Program-made: the position numbers and the translations under genes
Part shown: one piece after another, positions 1 to 14,039 of the stretch
How the letters are laid out: the number at the start of each line of letters is the position of its first letter
Position numbering within the stretch: position 1 is the stretch's first letter
Assembly (NCBI GenBank): GCA_965235115.1
Contig: OZ249436.1
Coordinates: 6,326,001 to 6,390,000 of the forward strand
Direction: 5' to 3'
Source: Laetmonice hystrix
Lineage: Eukaryota
DNA: 64,000 nt
Notes under the pieces: generated by a model
What the model saw: the letters and a program-made list of their open reading frames with translations, nothing else
Databases searched by the model: none
Told to the model about the DNA's origin: nothing

Positions 1-87
1 GCGGCTGCCACATAATTATGTGGTGGTCACTATGTAAAATATATACACACTGTGGCACCAACGGGCTTCCGTAGAATTGGGACAAAA

Positions 88-148
88 GGCCGGTTTATAG
101 TCTGATTTATGGTCGGCCGATGGTCGGTCGACGGACTATAAACCGGCC
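88..148. mobile_element. Tiny MITE-like relic, PIF/Harbinger-like terminal inverted repeats
   Basis: GGCCGGTTTATAGTC (88-102) and its reverse complement GACTATAAACCGGCC (134-148) flank a 31-nt core. TTA follows the right end. GGCC-starting TIRs with a TWA target are typical of Harbinger elements, but the family call is inference. Confidence 0.5.
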
Positions 149-869
149 TTAAGGCACGTGCCTTCTGGAACTCCATATAACCCAGGGAATACCTTACTCA
201 GATAACAGAAAGGACATTAACCAGTAATTTTTTTAATAGTTATTGCATAAGTCTAGACGTGAACACACACATTCATTGCATAAAGGTGGGGGCATGCCTG
301 AAATCCTGAAGGAGGGCATCCTTTACATTAATATCGGTCAATCTCAATCTCCTATGATAGGCAAGCAGGGGGCGCAATCCCTCCTAAACACCACACCCAT
401 AAGTTACTACTCCAAATGAGCACATTTACAGATGCACTCCAAATTGACAACCGAAAGGACGTGCAGCCAGAAAGGTGATGAAAAGATTTTCGAAGGTTTA
501 TCTGACCAGCAAAGAGAGGCCTCAATAAACGGTCTGGTGGATGTGGGGCGAGGGCTGGTAGGGCAGTAGAGAAAATACAAAGGCTTCGAAAAGGAACATG
601 AGGGGGTATTTGTTGAGAAAAATCGGACTTTCCTCTACATTATTATCATAACATACGGCAATGTACAATTCATGTGCAACCTTCTTGGATGGATGTATAC
701 TTAGGACCTGAACAAGCGAGGACAGAGACACACTCCGTCATGTCCGCAACCAAGGTTCTGCATATGTACTCCCAATGGGAGGACTTTGGCAACCAAGGAC
801 ACGGCAAAATGGGGACAATCAGGGCCCGTTGTTTTGTTGGGTGGGCAAGAGTATGAGTGAGTTGCATGA

Positions 870-1003
870 GTCTCTCTCTCTCTCTCTCTCTGTCTCTGTC
901 TCTCTCTGTCTCTGCCTCTGTCTCTCTCTCTCTGTCTCTGTCTCTCTGTCTCTCTGTCTCTCTCTCTCTCTCTCTCTCGCATGAGTCTCTCTCTCTCTCT
1001 CTC
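870..1003. repeat. (TC)n/(TCTG)n compound microsatellite
   Basis: Directly visible; it explains the SLSLS/RERER ORFs in the track. Confidence 0.95.
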
Positions 1004-2721
1004 TTAATAATGCTCTGTATTTTAGTAATTCTTTGTTGAAACCTAGTCTAAACTTATCTGGATCAGTGACACAGCTACCATGATACCTGCTGCTGTAACG
1101 AATCCCTCAGTTGGTCTTGGGTTGATCTTTCGAGGTCCGTACTGCAGTAATCCTCCCGCCATCATCGGTTTGACTTGACCTAGGCTACATCCGGGTAATT
1201 CCAGACTTCCGGTAACCGTGAGTCGGATATATAGTGTCCGTATATCTCATACACGAAACAGTTTTATCCATTACGTCTTTTACCTGCACTATTTAATATT
1301 TTATTCTAAATCTTGGTATGTGTATTGTCTATACAGTTACTGCCAGACGATATCATAATGCCATCTTTGTCGAGGTTAATGTCTCCACTTGGAGTGGGTC
1401 CTCGGTTTGTCAGTGTGTGCATCAAGAAAGCCTAAACAAAAGAACGTGTATTACTTTCCAAATGGGGACTATGACTAAAAACATTGAATTCCAAAGTGTG
1501 ACGAGGGTAATACGGATTCGGAGGTGGTAGAGTCCTAACAAAGTAAATCGAAAAATACTGTTGTCAAAATGAGCATAGAAACGGTTTCCTGTAAAGAACT
1601 GTCATACGGTTAAAGACAACGATTCTAGTTACATAATACATTATAACCTTTTTTTAAATTAAACGTTAAACCTGGCAGAACCAGAACAAGAACAGGTCAT
1701 AGCCCCAAAATGATATACCTGTATAATGTCTATTTGATGCAGCAGGATATGATAGCAAAAACGACTTACAGAAAACCGATATAGTGATTCCTAACATGCG
1801 CCTGACCTCAATTGACCTTGAAAGGTCAGCTCAATGTAAAATATAATGGTGTCAAAAGATTCCGTCACGTGACCGAAAAACTAATGGTGCCAGAGGGAAA
1901 AGCATATATAGGTATATATAAAGAGAAGAGTTATGGCTCACTGAACATATTGATGGCGTCACTGTGACGTCATGGGTCACGTGACCGAAAAAACAATGGT
2001 GCCAAATGGAAGAGCATAGTAACTTAGGCTCTATCTTCTATAGATTCTGAGTTATGGCCCTCTGAAAATATCGATGACGTCACACGTCAAATAATTAGAT
2101 CCGAGCTGAAAACAAAATGGCCTGCCCCATGAAAAATCCCTATTGTTGTGCCAAGTTTGAATGAAAATGGTATTCTTGTAACAGAGATATGCCTGTAAAT
2201 GTTATTTCACCGATATAACCGGCGGCCATCTTGGACGATATCAAAAAATTCTTTGACGTGCATCATGCCAGTATGGTAGGGTCTACCTGATTTGGGTGCT
2301 AAAAACACTTCCTAAAGACACGGGGAAAGTATAGCACCGACATAGGAGTCATGCCATGCTCAACGATGAAACAATTAAACGGGGTTTAAACTAGTCTCTT
2401 ATAATGGATTGCTTCAAAAAACAGGAAAGATTTCACTCGCAGACTACCGGGGGGGGGTGGAGGCCTATGAGTAAGTGTTAGTGCCTACACAACAAAAAAT
2501 ATGTTCCTAAATTATACCTTTATTATTATTACTATTCTCGGTGACCAGAAACATAGGTCTTTAAAATAGGCCAAAAAAAAGCGTTACCGGTAGGCCTACG
2601 TAATTTATGGACAGTCCCATATATGATATCAATAAGCCGAATAGTCATCGTTATACTGGGATTGCTAAAAAAAAATCTTATGGACACACCCTTGTGATTG
2701 GCACTTAGCCATGTAGCCGGC

Positions 2722-3287
2722 CCGGTGTAACGTTTTGAAATTCCCCCCTCCCGAATTCCCCCCAGGGAATTTCAAAACGTTTTGAAATTCCCTCCCAGGA
2801 ATTTGAAATCGTTTTCAAATTCCCGGGGAGGAATTTTAAAACCGTTTTCAGATTCATCCCCCCATTTTCAAATTCCCCCCTAGGATTCTGAAAATGTTTT
2901 CATTTTCCCTCACGAGAACGTGAAAAACGTTAATACGCGTTCCCTTTGGGAAAGGGTTAGGGCTAGGGTTAGGGTTAGGGTTAGGGTTAGGGTTAGGTTA
3001 GGGTGAAAATGAACGGTCAGTGAAATGAATGGAGAGAAACAAGCTGGCAACAGACATCTAGGCCTAGGACCTACCCCCTAGATGTGGTGAAATAAGAAGG
3101 GCAAAAAGGATCGACATTTAAAATTAGTCATAAAATAAGAAGGTAGGCCTATATTTTATTTATAAACGTAAAACATTTTAAAGTCCCTGGGGGAGGGAAA
3201 GTTAAATCGCGGGAGGAAATTTGAAAACGTTTTCAAGTTCCCGGGGGGGAACTTGAATGAGGGGGGAACTTGAAATCGTTACACCGG
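2722..3287. mobile_element. Non-autonomous TIR element (MITE) with an internal (TTAGGG)n tract
   Basis: Ends CCGGTGTAACG (2722-2732) and CGTTACACCGG (3277-3287). Subterminal motifs are mirrored (TTTTGAAATTCCCCC on the left, GGGGGGAACTTGAA on the right). A telomere-type repeat lies at about 2954-3003. Confidence 0.75.
2954..3003 (+). repeat. Interstitial (TTAGGG)n tract, about 8 units
   Basis: GGGTTAGGGCTAGGGTTAGGGTTAGGG... read directly. Confidence 0.9.
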
Positions 3288-5850
3288 CCGTGCCTGCCCC
3301 TCTGTTAATGCTTTTACCGGCCTGCAGAAGGCCCTACTGCGATTTCTTTTAAGATTACACACCTCCCAACCGAGGACACAGTCCCAATGGTAACTGCAGG
3401 GACCTGTGGCAACGAAAAATGTCTCAACTGCGAAAAATGTCCCTTTGTAAAACAAATTCGCAGCATATTATCTTCGCGAGTCAGTGGGCTTTGGAAAACA
3501 ATTCAGCCATACTGTCAAAGTTTAGCTGATGTGTCAGTCTATGGGGTTGAAATGTCTTCATTACTCCCCAAAAAACCAACCAACCAAAAAGACCAAAGAT
3601 GTCAGCATTACCATTGCATTTTCACATGATCTTATTAATAAAACAATCAATTAGAATTATATATTTGACTTCTTATTTTGAGGAATGATATTTTGGACAC
3701 TCTTTTGGTCACTTTTTCACACTATTTTCAACTTTCACCATTTGAAAACTTCCTTGTAATATTGGTGCAGCAGTTGCCATGGATACGCCACAACTTTTGA
3801 AAATAATGTGAAAAGGTGGTCCACAGGTGTCAAAAATAAATATATGTAAAGCTATGGATAGAAACCCCTGACTGAAACCTGGCTGCCTAAATTGACAACT
3901 ACAATCCTGTCCCTCCGTTACCGTTTGCAAATGCCCCTCCGTTACCATGACCACCTTCATTCAAAGCCCGCTGTAAAATGTCTGAGGGGTCCTATTGGCT
4001 TGAAATTTTATACATTCATAGTTGAATGATAATACCACCATATAAAACAGACACATAATCCTTATCATCCCAGGAACCGTGGATTATGTGTGTCCAGAAA
4101 ACATGTAAAAATTATATGTTAATTTTGCGTCCCTCCGTTACCGGGCTGTTTTTGGTGAATCTTACTCTCACAAAGGTGTATTACCCCAAACCTTTGACTT
4201 GAGTTTGTTGTCCAGGGTGAAGTATATCTAAAATCAGTCGTTTTCTAACTCAGTTTTACTTAGATTATGATTGGTAAAGTGAAATACAGTGATGTGGTTG
4301 CGGTATCGCAGTATGGACTGGCTGTGATAGATTATGTGAGAGCTCATTTCTCCGACGGCCGAATGAGGGTTATTTCTCTGTCTCTTTATCTCCTTTTCTG
4401 TGTAAAAATGGGGGGGGGGGGGGGGTCCTGGACCCACCCATCTGGATCCGCGCCTATAAACCTTGACTGAATCACATTTTGACCCGAGGCTGGGGTAGGC
4501 CAGGCTTCAGGATAAAAAAGGAAAGTTGAATTGAAAAAGGCTTCTAGCCTCAATACGGATGGCCTCAGTTTTGTGTTCTTTAGATGAGCCGTAGGTAGGG
4601 ATGATGTATTATTGACTTGGAAGTCCTCAGTTAGATAGAAGACATGCTGAACTCTTCACACACCTTCTAACCGAGGACCCACATCTGGCAGCCTATTGAA
4701 TTAAAAAATTAAAAGCAAATTAAATTCGACAAGAGTGCTTTTTTTAGTTTTTGTTAGACGTTTTAGAGAGGTCGTTCTATTGTTCAATTTCTGTCTAACT
4801 CATACGCTAGGTAGCCTATTATTGACTAGGTGTGACGCCACACCTTAGTAGGCCTAGGCCTATCATGTACACAAACAAAGGAATGAAAACGCCGAGTCCT
4901 CCTTGTCGGGGAAGACAGCCATATGTAGCCTACTATTTAGCCCTCGCTTGGTGTAATAACAGTTTGACACACTATACATTGACTCGCCAGGGGGCGCTGC
5001 TGGACTTAAGTCCTCATTTGATTGACGTACTTCTACGTCAGGGTTTATTACTGTCTTCAGGCACACGTTCCCACTTGCTATGCTGAAAATCAAGGTAATA
5101 AATAAAGCGTTTTTGGCTGTTTTTAATACTCAGATGACATCTATAGGGGTCACGGGTAGGCATACTGTTATTATAATTCCCATAAACCTAATAATAAAGG
5201 AGTCCCCAGTTGGAGGTTACAGGACTGAGTCTGGATTTGGCGGCGATTACAAGTAAGGGTGTGTGCGTGTGTGTGTGTCGGGATGTGTGCGTGTGTCTGG
5301 ATGGGGGCGGATATAGGCGGGGCGGAGAAGGGCCGGTGTGTGTGTGGGGGGGGGGGGGGCGGGGCGGGGGTAGGTTCTAATCCCAGACTGCCCCCGCCCC
5401 CCCCCCCCAAAAAAAAACCATGACGTCAGGTATATCAGTGGTGTGGGCTGGAGCTTGAGCACTGCATGATTCCACGGAGATTTTGGTTCCTTTTCACACA
5501 AACGTTATTATTTTCAAGACATCAAACTTGACGCCAGGACATGATCAAATATGTATAGTTTCATTTCATATCAAAGATTCTGTAAATGCCGAACAGAATA
5601 ATGTCACATCCTATTTCATAGCTCCTTCACGTCTCCAAGCCAGCACCATTAGAGTTTCGGGGGTGGGCCAGGGGGTTTGCACGTTGAGCAACATTGTTCG
5701 CCTAAATGAAGGGTAAACTGCTCCGAAATGATCAGTCAGTAGTCAGTGCAAATACCACTTTAAACCAGTTCCATGTTAAAACCAAGGACTCCATGGCCCG
5801 TATTCATAAAGCTACTTAAGACTAAGCAGACCGAATAAGTACCCACTTAA

Positions 5851-6083
5851 GGACAAGTGCTAGTGTGAGGCCAAAAATTTGTTTGAGACAGATTTTTGTT
5901 AAATTTTGCAGATAAACAGAGTATGTTGTCCTCTTTCAAAATTCAGCAAAGAAATGATACCTCACCGGCTTAGTTTTTTTGTTAGGAGCGTTTGAAGTTG
6001 GTATTTTCTTCATGTTAATGAATAGAGTTTGCAATTTTTTTTTTTACTTTTTTTTTGTCAGAACGGTGTTATGACAAATAGAA

Positions 6084-6126
<43 letters not shown>

Positions 6127-6253
6127 ATTTTGACTTTGAACAATTTTCACTGGCGTAAATGAGCAAAAAGTGAAAATGTTCAAAATCAAACTTTTTTTTT
6201 TTTTTTTTTTTTACCACTTCTATAACTTGGAGACCGTTATGACAAATAGAAAT

Positions 6254-6288
<35 letters not shown>

Positions 6289-6474
6289 CTAAACAGTAAT
6301 TAGTAATTAACATGACGAACATATCAATTTCAAACGCTCTTAACAAAAAAAGTAACCCGGTGAGGTATCATTTTTTTGCTGAATTTTGAAAGAGGACAAC
6401 ATACTGTGTTTATCTGCAAAATTTAAAAAAAATCTGTCTCAAACAAATTTTTGGCCTCACACTAGCACTTGTCC
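5851..6474. mobile_element. Foldback MITE with ~170-bp TIRs and TTAA on both sides (Kolobok-like or other TTAA-targeting DNA transposon)
   Basis: The left arm GGACAAGTGCTAGTGTGAGGCCAAAAATTTGTTTGAGACAG... is the near-perfect reverse complement of the right arm ...CTGTCTCAAACAAATTTTTGGCCTCACACTAGCACTTGTCC. TTAA lies at 5847-5850 and 6475-6478. The core is rich in A and T homopolymers. Confidence 0.85.
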
Positions 6475-9400
6475 TTAAATTAGGCACTCCGAATTAGTCG
6501 AATTCAATATGCTACTTATGTTGTGCAAACCACTTAAAATGACCCCTATATTTAAGACACCTCCGAGGCTGTCTTAAATATAGGCAGGTTGATCATCTCA
6601 CTGAAATTTTGTCATTGCTGGGGCATCCTCACCCAGTATTGACCTTGTCTTCTGTGAGAGAAGCTAAGGAGGCTAAGGTAGAGGGCCTCCGCCTGTAACA
6701 AAACAGTACAAAATTACTGTATTGTACATAATAAGAGAGGCAAAAATGAGCTATTGTATCGTATCCTGTCAATGTAGACGTTTCGCCTTGGACCATGCTG
6801 GGGTGATAAAGATTGTTAATCGTTGTTCTTGTACGGAATTGTATTATGTTGTGGTCGTTTTGCTGACATAAAACGTGCTTCATATTAATTTCGTTTTATG
6901 TACCGTTATTGTAACTCAGTAACCCTTTTAATATGAGGTTTATGGGGGATATTTCAAAAATATTAGAAACAAATGATAATTGACACAGCACAGTAAGACG
7001 TGAACACCCTGTCCGTGGCAGGTTGCCTAACCCAAGGAAATCGACCGAAACCACCAGGAAATATGACATAAGGGCCTTAGCAACCACTTGAGACGCTTCA
7101 CTCTGGTATAGGACACGCTCCACTGACTCCAATTTGGAATGTTTACCAACTGGCGTCCTTTATAGCAACCGACAAAATGGCGGCGAAACACCGACGTCGG
7201 GGAATAAATGAGCAAAAAACGAAATGAAAGTGACAATTGCAATAAAAATGAAATATCCATTTCACATGGGAGAATATGTAGCAGACATTTCGGGCAGATT
7301 GAGGGGCGTACACTTTGGCACAGAAGAGAAGATAGCCCAAGTTGCAGGAACCTTTACCCTACCTATTATTATATAGATTGTTCATTGGGTAGGCCTATAA
7401 ATGAACTTTGAACTTCCACATGTCCCTTTTATAACAAATAACGACCTTTGATATCTCGTCAGTAATTATTATATAACTCTTCAATGATGCGTCTCTTGGC
7501 ATTATAAACCTTTTCGCAGTAGAAGTGTAGATGTGAGACAGGCCAACACAGACATGGATATTTTAATTCTTGATATAAAGGAAAGACAACTTTTAAGGAT
7601 AATAGGTCGGAGTGATATGTCCTTTGTAATCAATGAATGTACATCTGTAAATCGTAATATCTATGTGAAGCATCGGATTTGATCTAATTGTAGCTGTGAA
7701 AGCCTTTGCGCCCTAGCTGGTATCAGATCTGGAGCTGCCCCCTAACTCTGAATATTCTCCGGCGCCCACGCTTGTCGGCCTCTATTGTGCGCTATACGGG
7801 AGTCAGGAATATTTTTTAACGTGTACGTGAGACATTTTCTACAAGGCTGAATGTCTGATATTGAGGTGAACAGCACTCTTCCAACACCCCCAATACATGT
7901 ATTACCTCACTTAGACCGAACAACTGTGCTGGCCAAAGCAAAGGTACGTGTGTCACTGTGAATTGTGTACATGGAAGCGGGCCCAGTGAATGACATAACA
8001 GACTTGGTACCTCCTTGACTTACAGGGAACGCCATCCACCCCCCCCCCCCCCCCCCACCACTCCGACTACGTATACGTGGATTACAGGTGGCGGCAGGCA
8101 AAGAGGAACACCAGGCGATAGGGCCAGTGGATATGTATGCAAAAACAATGATCAGTCAGTAGACTGTACACGTGTATTTGGGTGGGTGGGGGTGAGTTGG
8201 GAGGTGGGCAGTGCGGTGGAGTGGTGACATGAGCCACTCAAGGGAGTATGTGGTACGAAGAAACATATCTTCACACATCGACAATGGGACTGATATTCAA
8301 ACCATACTGTTTGAACCATCCGCAGTGGTAAATGTTCTCGCTCTGAAGAGGACGAACGTAAGTGAATGAATGAAATATCCCAAGGACATATAATATTTCG
8401 GTCAACGTTTTGCATTTTCTATGACCGGCCATTTACAGTGGACCACCGTTCATTGTTGATATAGGAAGACCGGAGTTCGCATGTGTGCATTTCCAACAGT
8501 TCAGTGAAGCATGAAATCCACCGCCCCTACGGACGAGGCAAATGAAATACATGAATATTAATTAAATCTGACCGATGCGCATGCGTGGCGGGAAAATGCG
8601 AACCAGTTTGGGCCGGCGTGCCAGTCGCCAGTCGACTACCTGGCATTCATAGAGAGAGAGGTCATAGGAGCACAGCTTTCCGTCATTGAAACCAATTCAA
8701 CTCAAACTGAACAAAGAACTCGACTGCTTGGCAAAAACCTCACTTGCGTTGGTAGCCACGGACAACTACACAGGCCATCAGAGGTAAGCAGACCTAAATT
8801 TTCTTTACGTAGGCTACACTGAAGTTATATGTCGAGGTAGGAAGTTGGCCAAAACATCCCACCAGCCAGTTATAGGCTGGTTGGATTTTGTCTATCTTTT
8901 CTTATTTCGATGATGATTGATTATATTCCGTAGCCTCGCTGTAAGGCGAGAGAAGTTTTACATTTACTTTTACATTTCTACTCTCATCACAGCGACGTGG
9001 ACACCTTGCGCATGCGTCGCGGAAACTAAGCCAGTTCGACCGGGGTTGAGTCGCAGTAGTCGGTTGCTACCTGGCATTCATAGAATGAGGTCGTAGGCTC
9101 GCAGCTTTCCGTCACTGAAACTAATTGAACTTCACCTGAACAAAAAAGTTCTTGAACGTACCTCAACTGGTAGCAAGGAAGAACAAAATAGGCCTTGAAA
9201 TCGGAGGTAGGTAGGCCGAAATTATCTTTAGAAATACATTCGGCCCAGGTCACTGCAAGGCTGGGACATGCCTTATGAAATGTAAGGTCCAATCTCAAAT
9301 GCCGTTTGGTTTAAATGAAAGAAATTATTTTATTTTAGGGACAGATTGTACATGACGGTTTTGTGACGGATTTATTTATTTTATTTATTTTTTAAATTTA

Positions 9401-11434
9401 TTTTTTCGTGTTTTTTTTTCATTTAAAAAATTCATATTTTTATCCACTTTTTTATTTACGTTATGCATTTATTTATTTCCATACAGCATAGGCCTACACT
9501 GCTGGTTTCCTGCATAATGAAGGTGAGTTTCTGATCGATCAGGTGCACACATTTGTGTATTATTGGAAGTTTGTGTCCTTGAAGAGCTCTTGCGAACCTG
9601 GCTATTCCTTATTTCAGTAATTTTAGAAACGTCTCAGTAAATCCTTTTATAGACCATGCGACCACTTTTGTTTTCAGTTGTCCATCTACCTGGAACCCGT
9701 CACGAAAGAGGGCAACTAACTGCCTTCCCTGCCTGCTGCCGCTGAGGGCATCTATTATACGATTATCCACAGAGATGAGCAAAGGTATGGACTAATTATA
9801 CACATCAGAAGGAATGAATGAAGTCAATTGATAAACCATGTTTCCCACACCTACAAAGGCTTTTTAAGATAGGACCACTATTATGAGCAAATTACGACTA
9901 CATAATAGGCTGGTTGGATGTTGGGGGTGTTTATTTATTTATTTTTTCTTATACTTTATTGTTTTTAAATTTTTATTTTTATTTATTTTTTTATTCACTT
10001 TTTTTATTTACTTTATGCATTTATTTATTTCCAGATAGCATAGGCCTACACTGCTGGTTTCATTCAAGCTTGGGCCACTGCAAAATGAAGGTGCACACAT
10101 TCGGGTATTATTCAAAGTTTGAAAAGCTATTATGAACAAGCTACTCCTTACTTCAGTAATTGTCAAATCATCTGAGTAATTCTCACATCAGTGCTCAGAT
10201 ATTTTCAGGAATGCAGGCCCCTATCAACAAATGGGCATAGGCTTCGTTTTTTGACAAATGATTTACGTGTGTATCATTTTAAATCATTTTATTAACCATC
10301 CAACCTTTCTTGTTTTCAGTTGTCCATCTACCTGGAACCCGTCTCGAAAAAGGGAAAATGATTGGTTGGTTGTTTAATTGCTTAGCTGGTTGGTTGATAG
10401 ATGGTGGGTAGATTGGGCGGTAAGTGGTCCAAACGCTAGGTTGACGTCACTGTACTGTGATGTATAAACAATTGTTAAACTATACCTTATTGCCAAGTCA
10501 GAATGTTCACACTGGCCGCTGTCTGGGTAACTGTCACGTCGTAATTTGTTGCATCACAGTCGGTGTTGGGTGATCAGCAGGCTTCAACTGTACTGCAGTG
10601 GCGGTGTTTGTCCTAACCCCCCACCCCCCCACCTTTCGTAGTCTGTCCTCACATGCTGCTGGTAAAAGTTGTTAGAATCGGGCAGTCACCTGTTCATACA
10701 GGTAAAACTGTTCATTGGCCATACAGACTAGGGGGGCAGTGTGTCCCAGAGAGGAGGGGCAATGTACGGGACTGTTCGGCAAGGGTTCCTCCTCGCTCCG
10801 ACAGCCGGCATCCTGTGCCAAAGATGCTTATAGATGTCACCAGTGGGTATTCGTGTGTTGTTTAGACGCCAGATCCGGTGGTCAGGGAAGAAGGTAGCTT
10901 GACTATGACATTAGTTCACCTTCAGCTTCTATGCCTTTTCGTGAACATTTCTGACAAAACAATTGCAGTGACCAAGTGAGCCAGGCCCCTGAGCTCCTTG
11001 GCCTCTCAGGTTCGTATTCCATTCGGACCTCGATGAGACAAAGTTTGTCAGTTACTTGCTGCCATAAAAACTGTTCCATTCAGGTTTCATTTAATATTTT
11101 AATGTTTACTCACCGTAAAAACTGTTGACCTCAATATGACAAGATCATTGTTGCTGAAACTGTTCCCTTCAGGTTTCATTTCATATTTTGAATATTTATC
11201 TCCCCAAATTCATCCGAGCTTCCTTGAGGTTGTCATTATGCAACTAGATGATGGCTAAAGGCTGACAAGTTGGAAAGCACGCCCTAAAACCTGCATAATC
11301 TGCAGAAAAGGTACGTGAATTCACATTTTTGACTTGATGATAGGCCTAACTTCATTGTTGGGGCATTATTAGGGCCTAGATTATAAATATTCATAGGTAG
11401 TTAGATGGGCTGGTTTTCCTGTTGGTTTTCAGGT

Positions 11435-11685
11435 AACTAGGCCGGTGGTCAGATGGGTGGTTGGGTCGGAGGGTGGACACACGTCAGGTGGCAGGCGGTC
11501 AGATGGTGGGCTGGTTGGTGGTAAGTTCGGGTCGGTGGGTGGGTGGCTGAGTGTGTGGTTGCGTGAGGCCAATCCCTGCATGCTTGTCTACCTGGCCAGC
11601 TCCCTGCCCTACGGCTGCTCTACCTTCCCAGGTGGCTGCCTGCTTAACTTCCCGTCTTCCCACTTATCTGCCTGCTTGCCTTGTT
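11435..11685. repeat. Degenerate bipartite microsatellite, (GGTN)n followed by (CCTG)n
   Basis: A G-rich tetramer block is followed by a CCTG-rich block. The same layout recurs at 14040-14570. Confidence 0.7.
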
Positions 11686-12326
11686 TAAGGTTTGGTTTGA
11701 TGATGGTTGAAGCAGTAGTACACATGTAAGCCTGCACAATCATGACTTGGTAATGCATGAAGGCACGTGTTTGGTGCCATCGGTTGGCCTATGGCTTATT
11801 AACCTGTATTCTTCAGATTGGTCATGTTGATCATAATATCCATTATTCAGATAACAAATGGATATTATCTGATAGTATAATCTTTTGTATGCTTGTTTTT
11901 TTCAGGCAAATTCTAGCCTTGTTAATCCTGAGAAAGTAACCGTGAGATCCAATACTAAGGTTTGACTTTTTACAAAATGTAAAGGGCATCTTAAGGGCTA
12001 GATTGTTGTTTAGATTTATTTAAGTTGTGTTTAAATTTAAGTTCCTCATGTTTTATGACCATGAACAGTGCAAACATAAGGTGTTCTTTGGCTTTCATAC
12101 ACTGCCACTGAAACAGGGCACCTGTTGATTTAATCTTTTCTTATTTTGATGATGATGATTCACGTGATGATGTTTAAATCGATGTGTATTACACAATTGT
12201 GTGTATCATAGTTTATTGTATAGCTTGTGATTTGTTTTTAAGTTTTGAATGTAAGTCTGAATGTGTTAGTGTAGGACTCTTTGAACGTGCAAAAAATAAG
12301 GTTCTTTGGCCTCTTCAAGGATTTCA

Positions 12327-12910
12327 AGGGTGCCAACGTGCTTCAGTTTAAACACAAAATCGCTGACAAAAACTGGTACATCAGTATAACAATATAAGAA
12401 CACAAACCAAAGGTGTCACCATGACTCGGGTTTAAACATGAAATCGCTAAAAAAAGAGTGAGTATAAAAATACAAACCACGGGTGCAACGCGCTCATGTT
12501 AAAACAGAAATCGCTGACAAAATCTGGTACATCACTATAATATTAACGACACAAACCAAGGGGTCACCATGACTCGGGTTTAAACATGAAATCGCTGAAA
12601 AAAAACGGAGAATGAGTATAAAAATACAAACCAAGGGTGCAACGTGCTCATGTTAAAACAGAAATCGCTGACAAAAACTGGTACATCGCTATAATATTAA
12701 CGACACAAACCAAGGGTGTCGACATGACTCTGGGTTAAACATGAGATCGCTGAATGAGTATAACAATAAAGACACAAGGCAAGGGTGCCAACATGCTTAG
12801 GTTTAAGCATGAAATCACTGACAAAAACTGGTGCATCGGTATAACAATAAAAAGGCACAAATCAAGTATGTCAACATGCTCAGGTTTAACACAAACCTCG
12901 GGTGCCAACG
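12327..12910 (+). repeat. Diverged ~70-80-bp minisatellite, about 8 units, with alternating subtypes
   Basis: CAAGGGTG(C/T)CAAC/ACC...TTAAAC...AAATCGCTGA...GTATAA recurs at about 12327, 12408, 12479, 12557, 12632, 12711, 12780 and 12862. Confidence 0.85.
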
Positions 12911-14039
12911 TGAAGAATAACCTCCAGGTTCAAATGTTTGAAAGAGTATGTGTTTTGTTCCTTTTGTGTGGGGTTGCCTTGAAACACTGCAGCAGATTTA
13001 GGGCTTGTATGAATGTTGAGTGGGTCGAGGTTTGGCCCATGTATGATAGTACATAACCAATAGGTCGATTTTCATTGATTTTGTATGTGATATTGATTTT
13101 CATTGATTTTGTATGTGATATTTTTTACATGCTTACCATTGTTCGGGGCCGTGTTTAAAAAAATGTATCAGTTTTGACTTATCACTAAGGTCTTTGTTTG
13201 GCTGTTACGTTAAGTTCCTAATTTTTTAAGTTGCTCATTTTATAATCAAAATATCTAAATTTGCTTGATATCTTGATTCCAACAGAGGTTATGAGATTAA
13301 CAAAAGTTGCCACAAAGGTCTTACAACCGGCAAAGGAATGACACAGGTGACACAAGAAATAACCGATGAAGAATTGGTACAATCGAGCAAAAATAATAGT
13401 ATATTGGGTGTGAACATATGGTACAGCACAGCAGCCAGGTGCTGTAGAATGAATATCAAAACAACAAAATGTAAAGAGTCAAACGCCGAAAGAAAGACAA
13501 CATAAATACTAAACTGACTTGGGGTAGGAAAAGAAGTATCTTCCACAAATAATATGATACTGTCACAAAAGAATGAGACTGTTGACAGGGTGATAAGTAT
13601 TAAACCGGTCTAACAAATTGCATGTCGTTTCTTATATAGGCCAATTGATATTATTTCGTTGCATGTTTATTATTGCTTGTTTTAATGTTATGATATTTTT
13701 TAAGTTTAATAATCTTGTATGATACTTGCATCAGTTACTGTGTATGACCATGTTGATTTGATATTTTCACATGCTGAGTTTATTGTTGTTTTAGTTTCAA
13801 TACCTTGTTTGATACTTATATGACTGTATTAGACATGTGTTGATATCCTGATAGATGAGTTCTAATGAAGTTTAAAACGTTCTGTGTGCTTGCTCTTATG
13901 TGATGTATGGTACCTTGATCAAATGCATACGATTTTGTATATATTTCCACATATTGATGGTTGTTTTGAGTTAATGTTTTTTTTCAGGTTATAAGATGCC
14001 GGTTGTCCATTCAGTAGAAGGTGTAGAAAAGATGGATGC

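Noticed and set aside
480..860. Short ORFs on both strands near the window start
   Set aside because: No recognisable motif and no consistent splice structure.
701..1039. RERER/SLSLS ORFs here and at about 23501, 26030, 36178, 46573, 57276 and 57558
   Set aside because: They are translations of GA/TC microsatellites.
1790..2290. Direct repeats GTCACGTGACCGAAAAA..ATGGTGCCA and a TGACCTTGA motif
   Set aside because: Probably a dispersed-repeat remnant, but I could not define its ends or family.
2954..3003. TTAGGG tract as a chromosome end or fusion scar
   Set aside because: It is short, in a single orientation, and enclosed in a TIR element.
6600..7410. Cluster of short ORFs as a possible transposase remnant
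   Set aside because: No catalytic or DNA-binding motif was recognisable in any frame I read.
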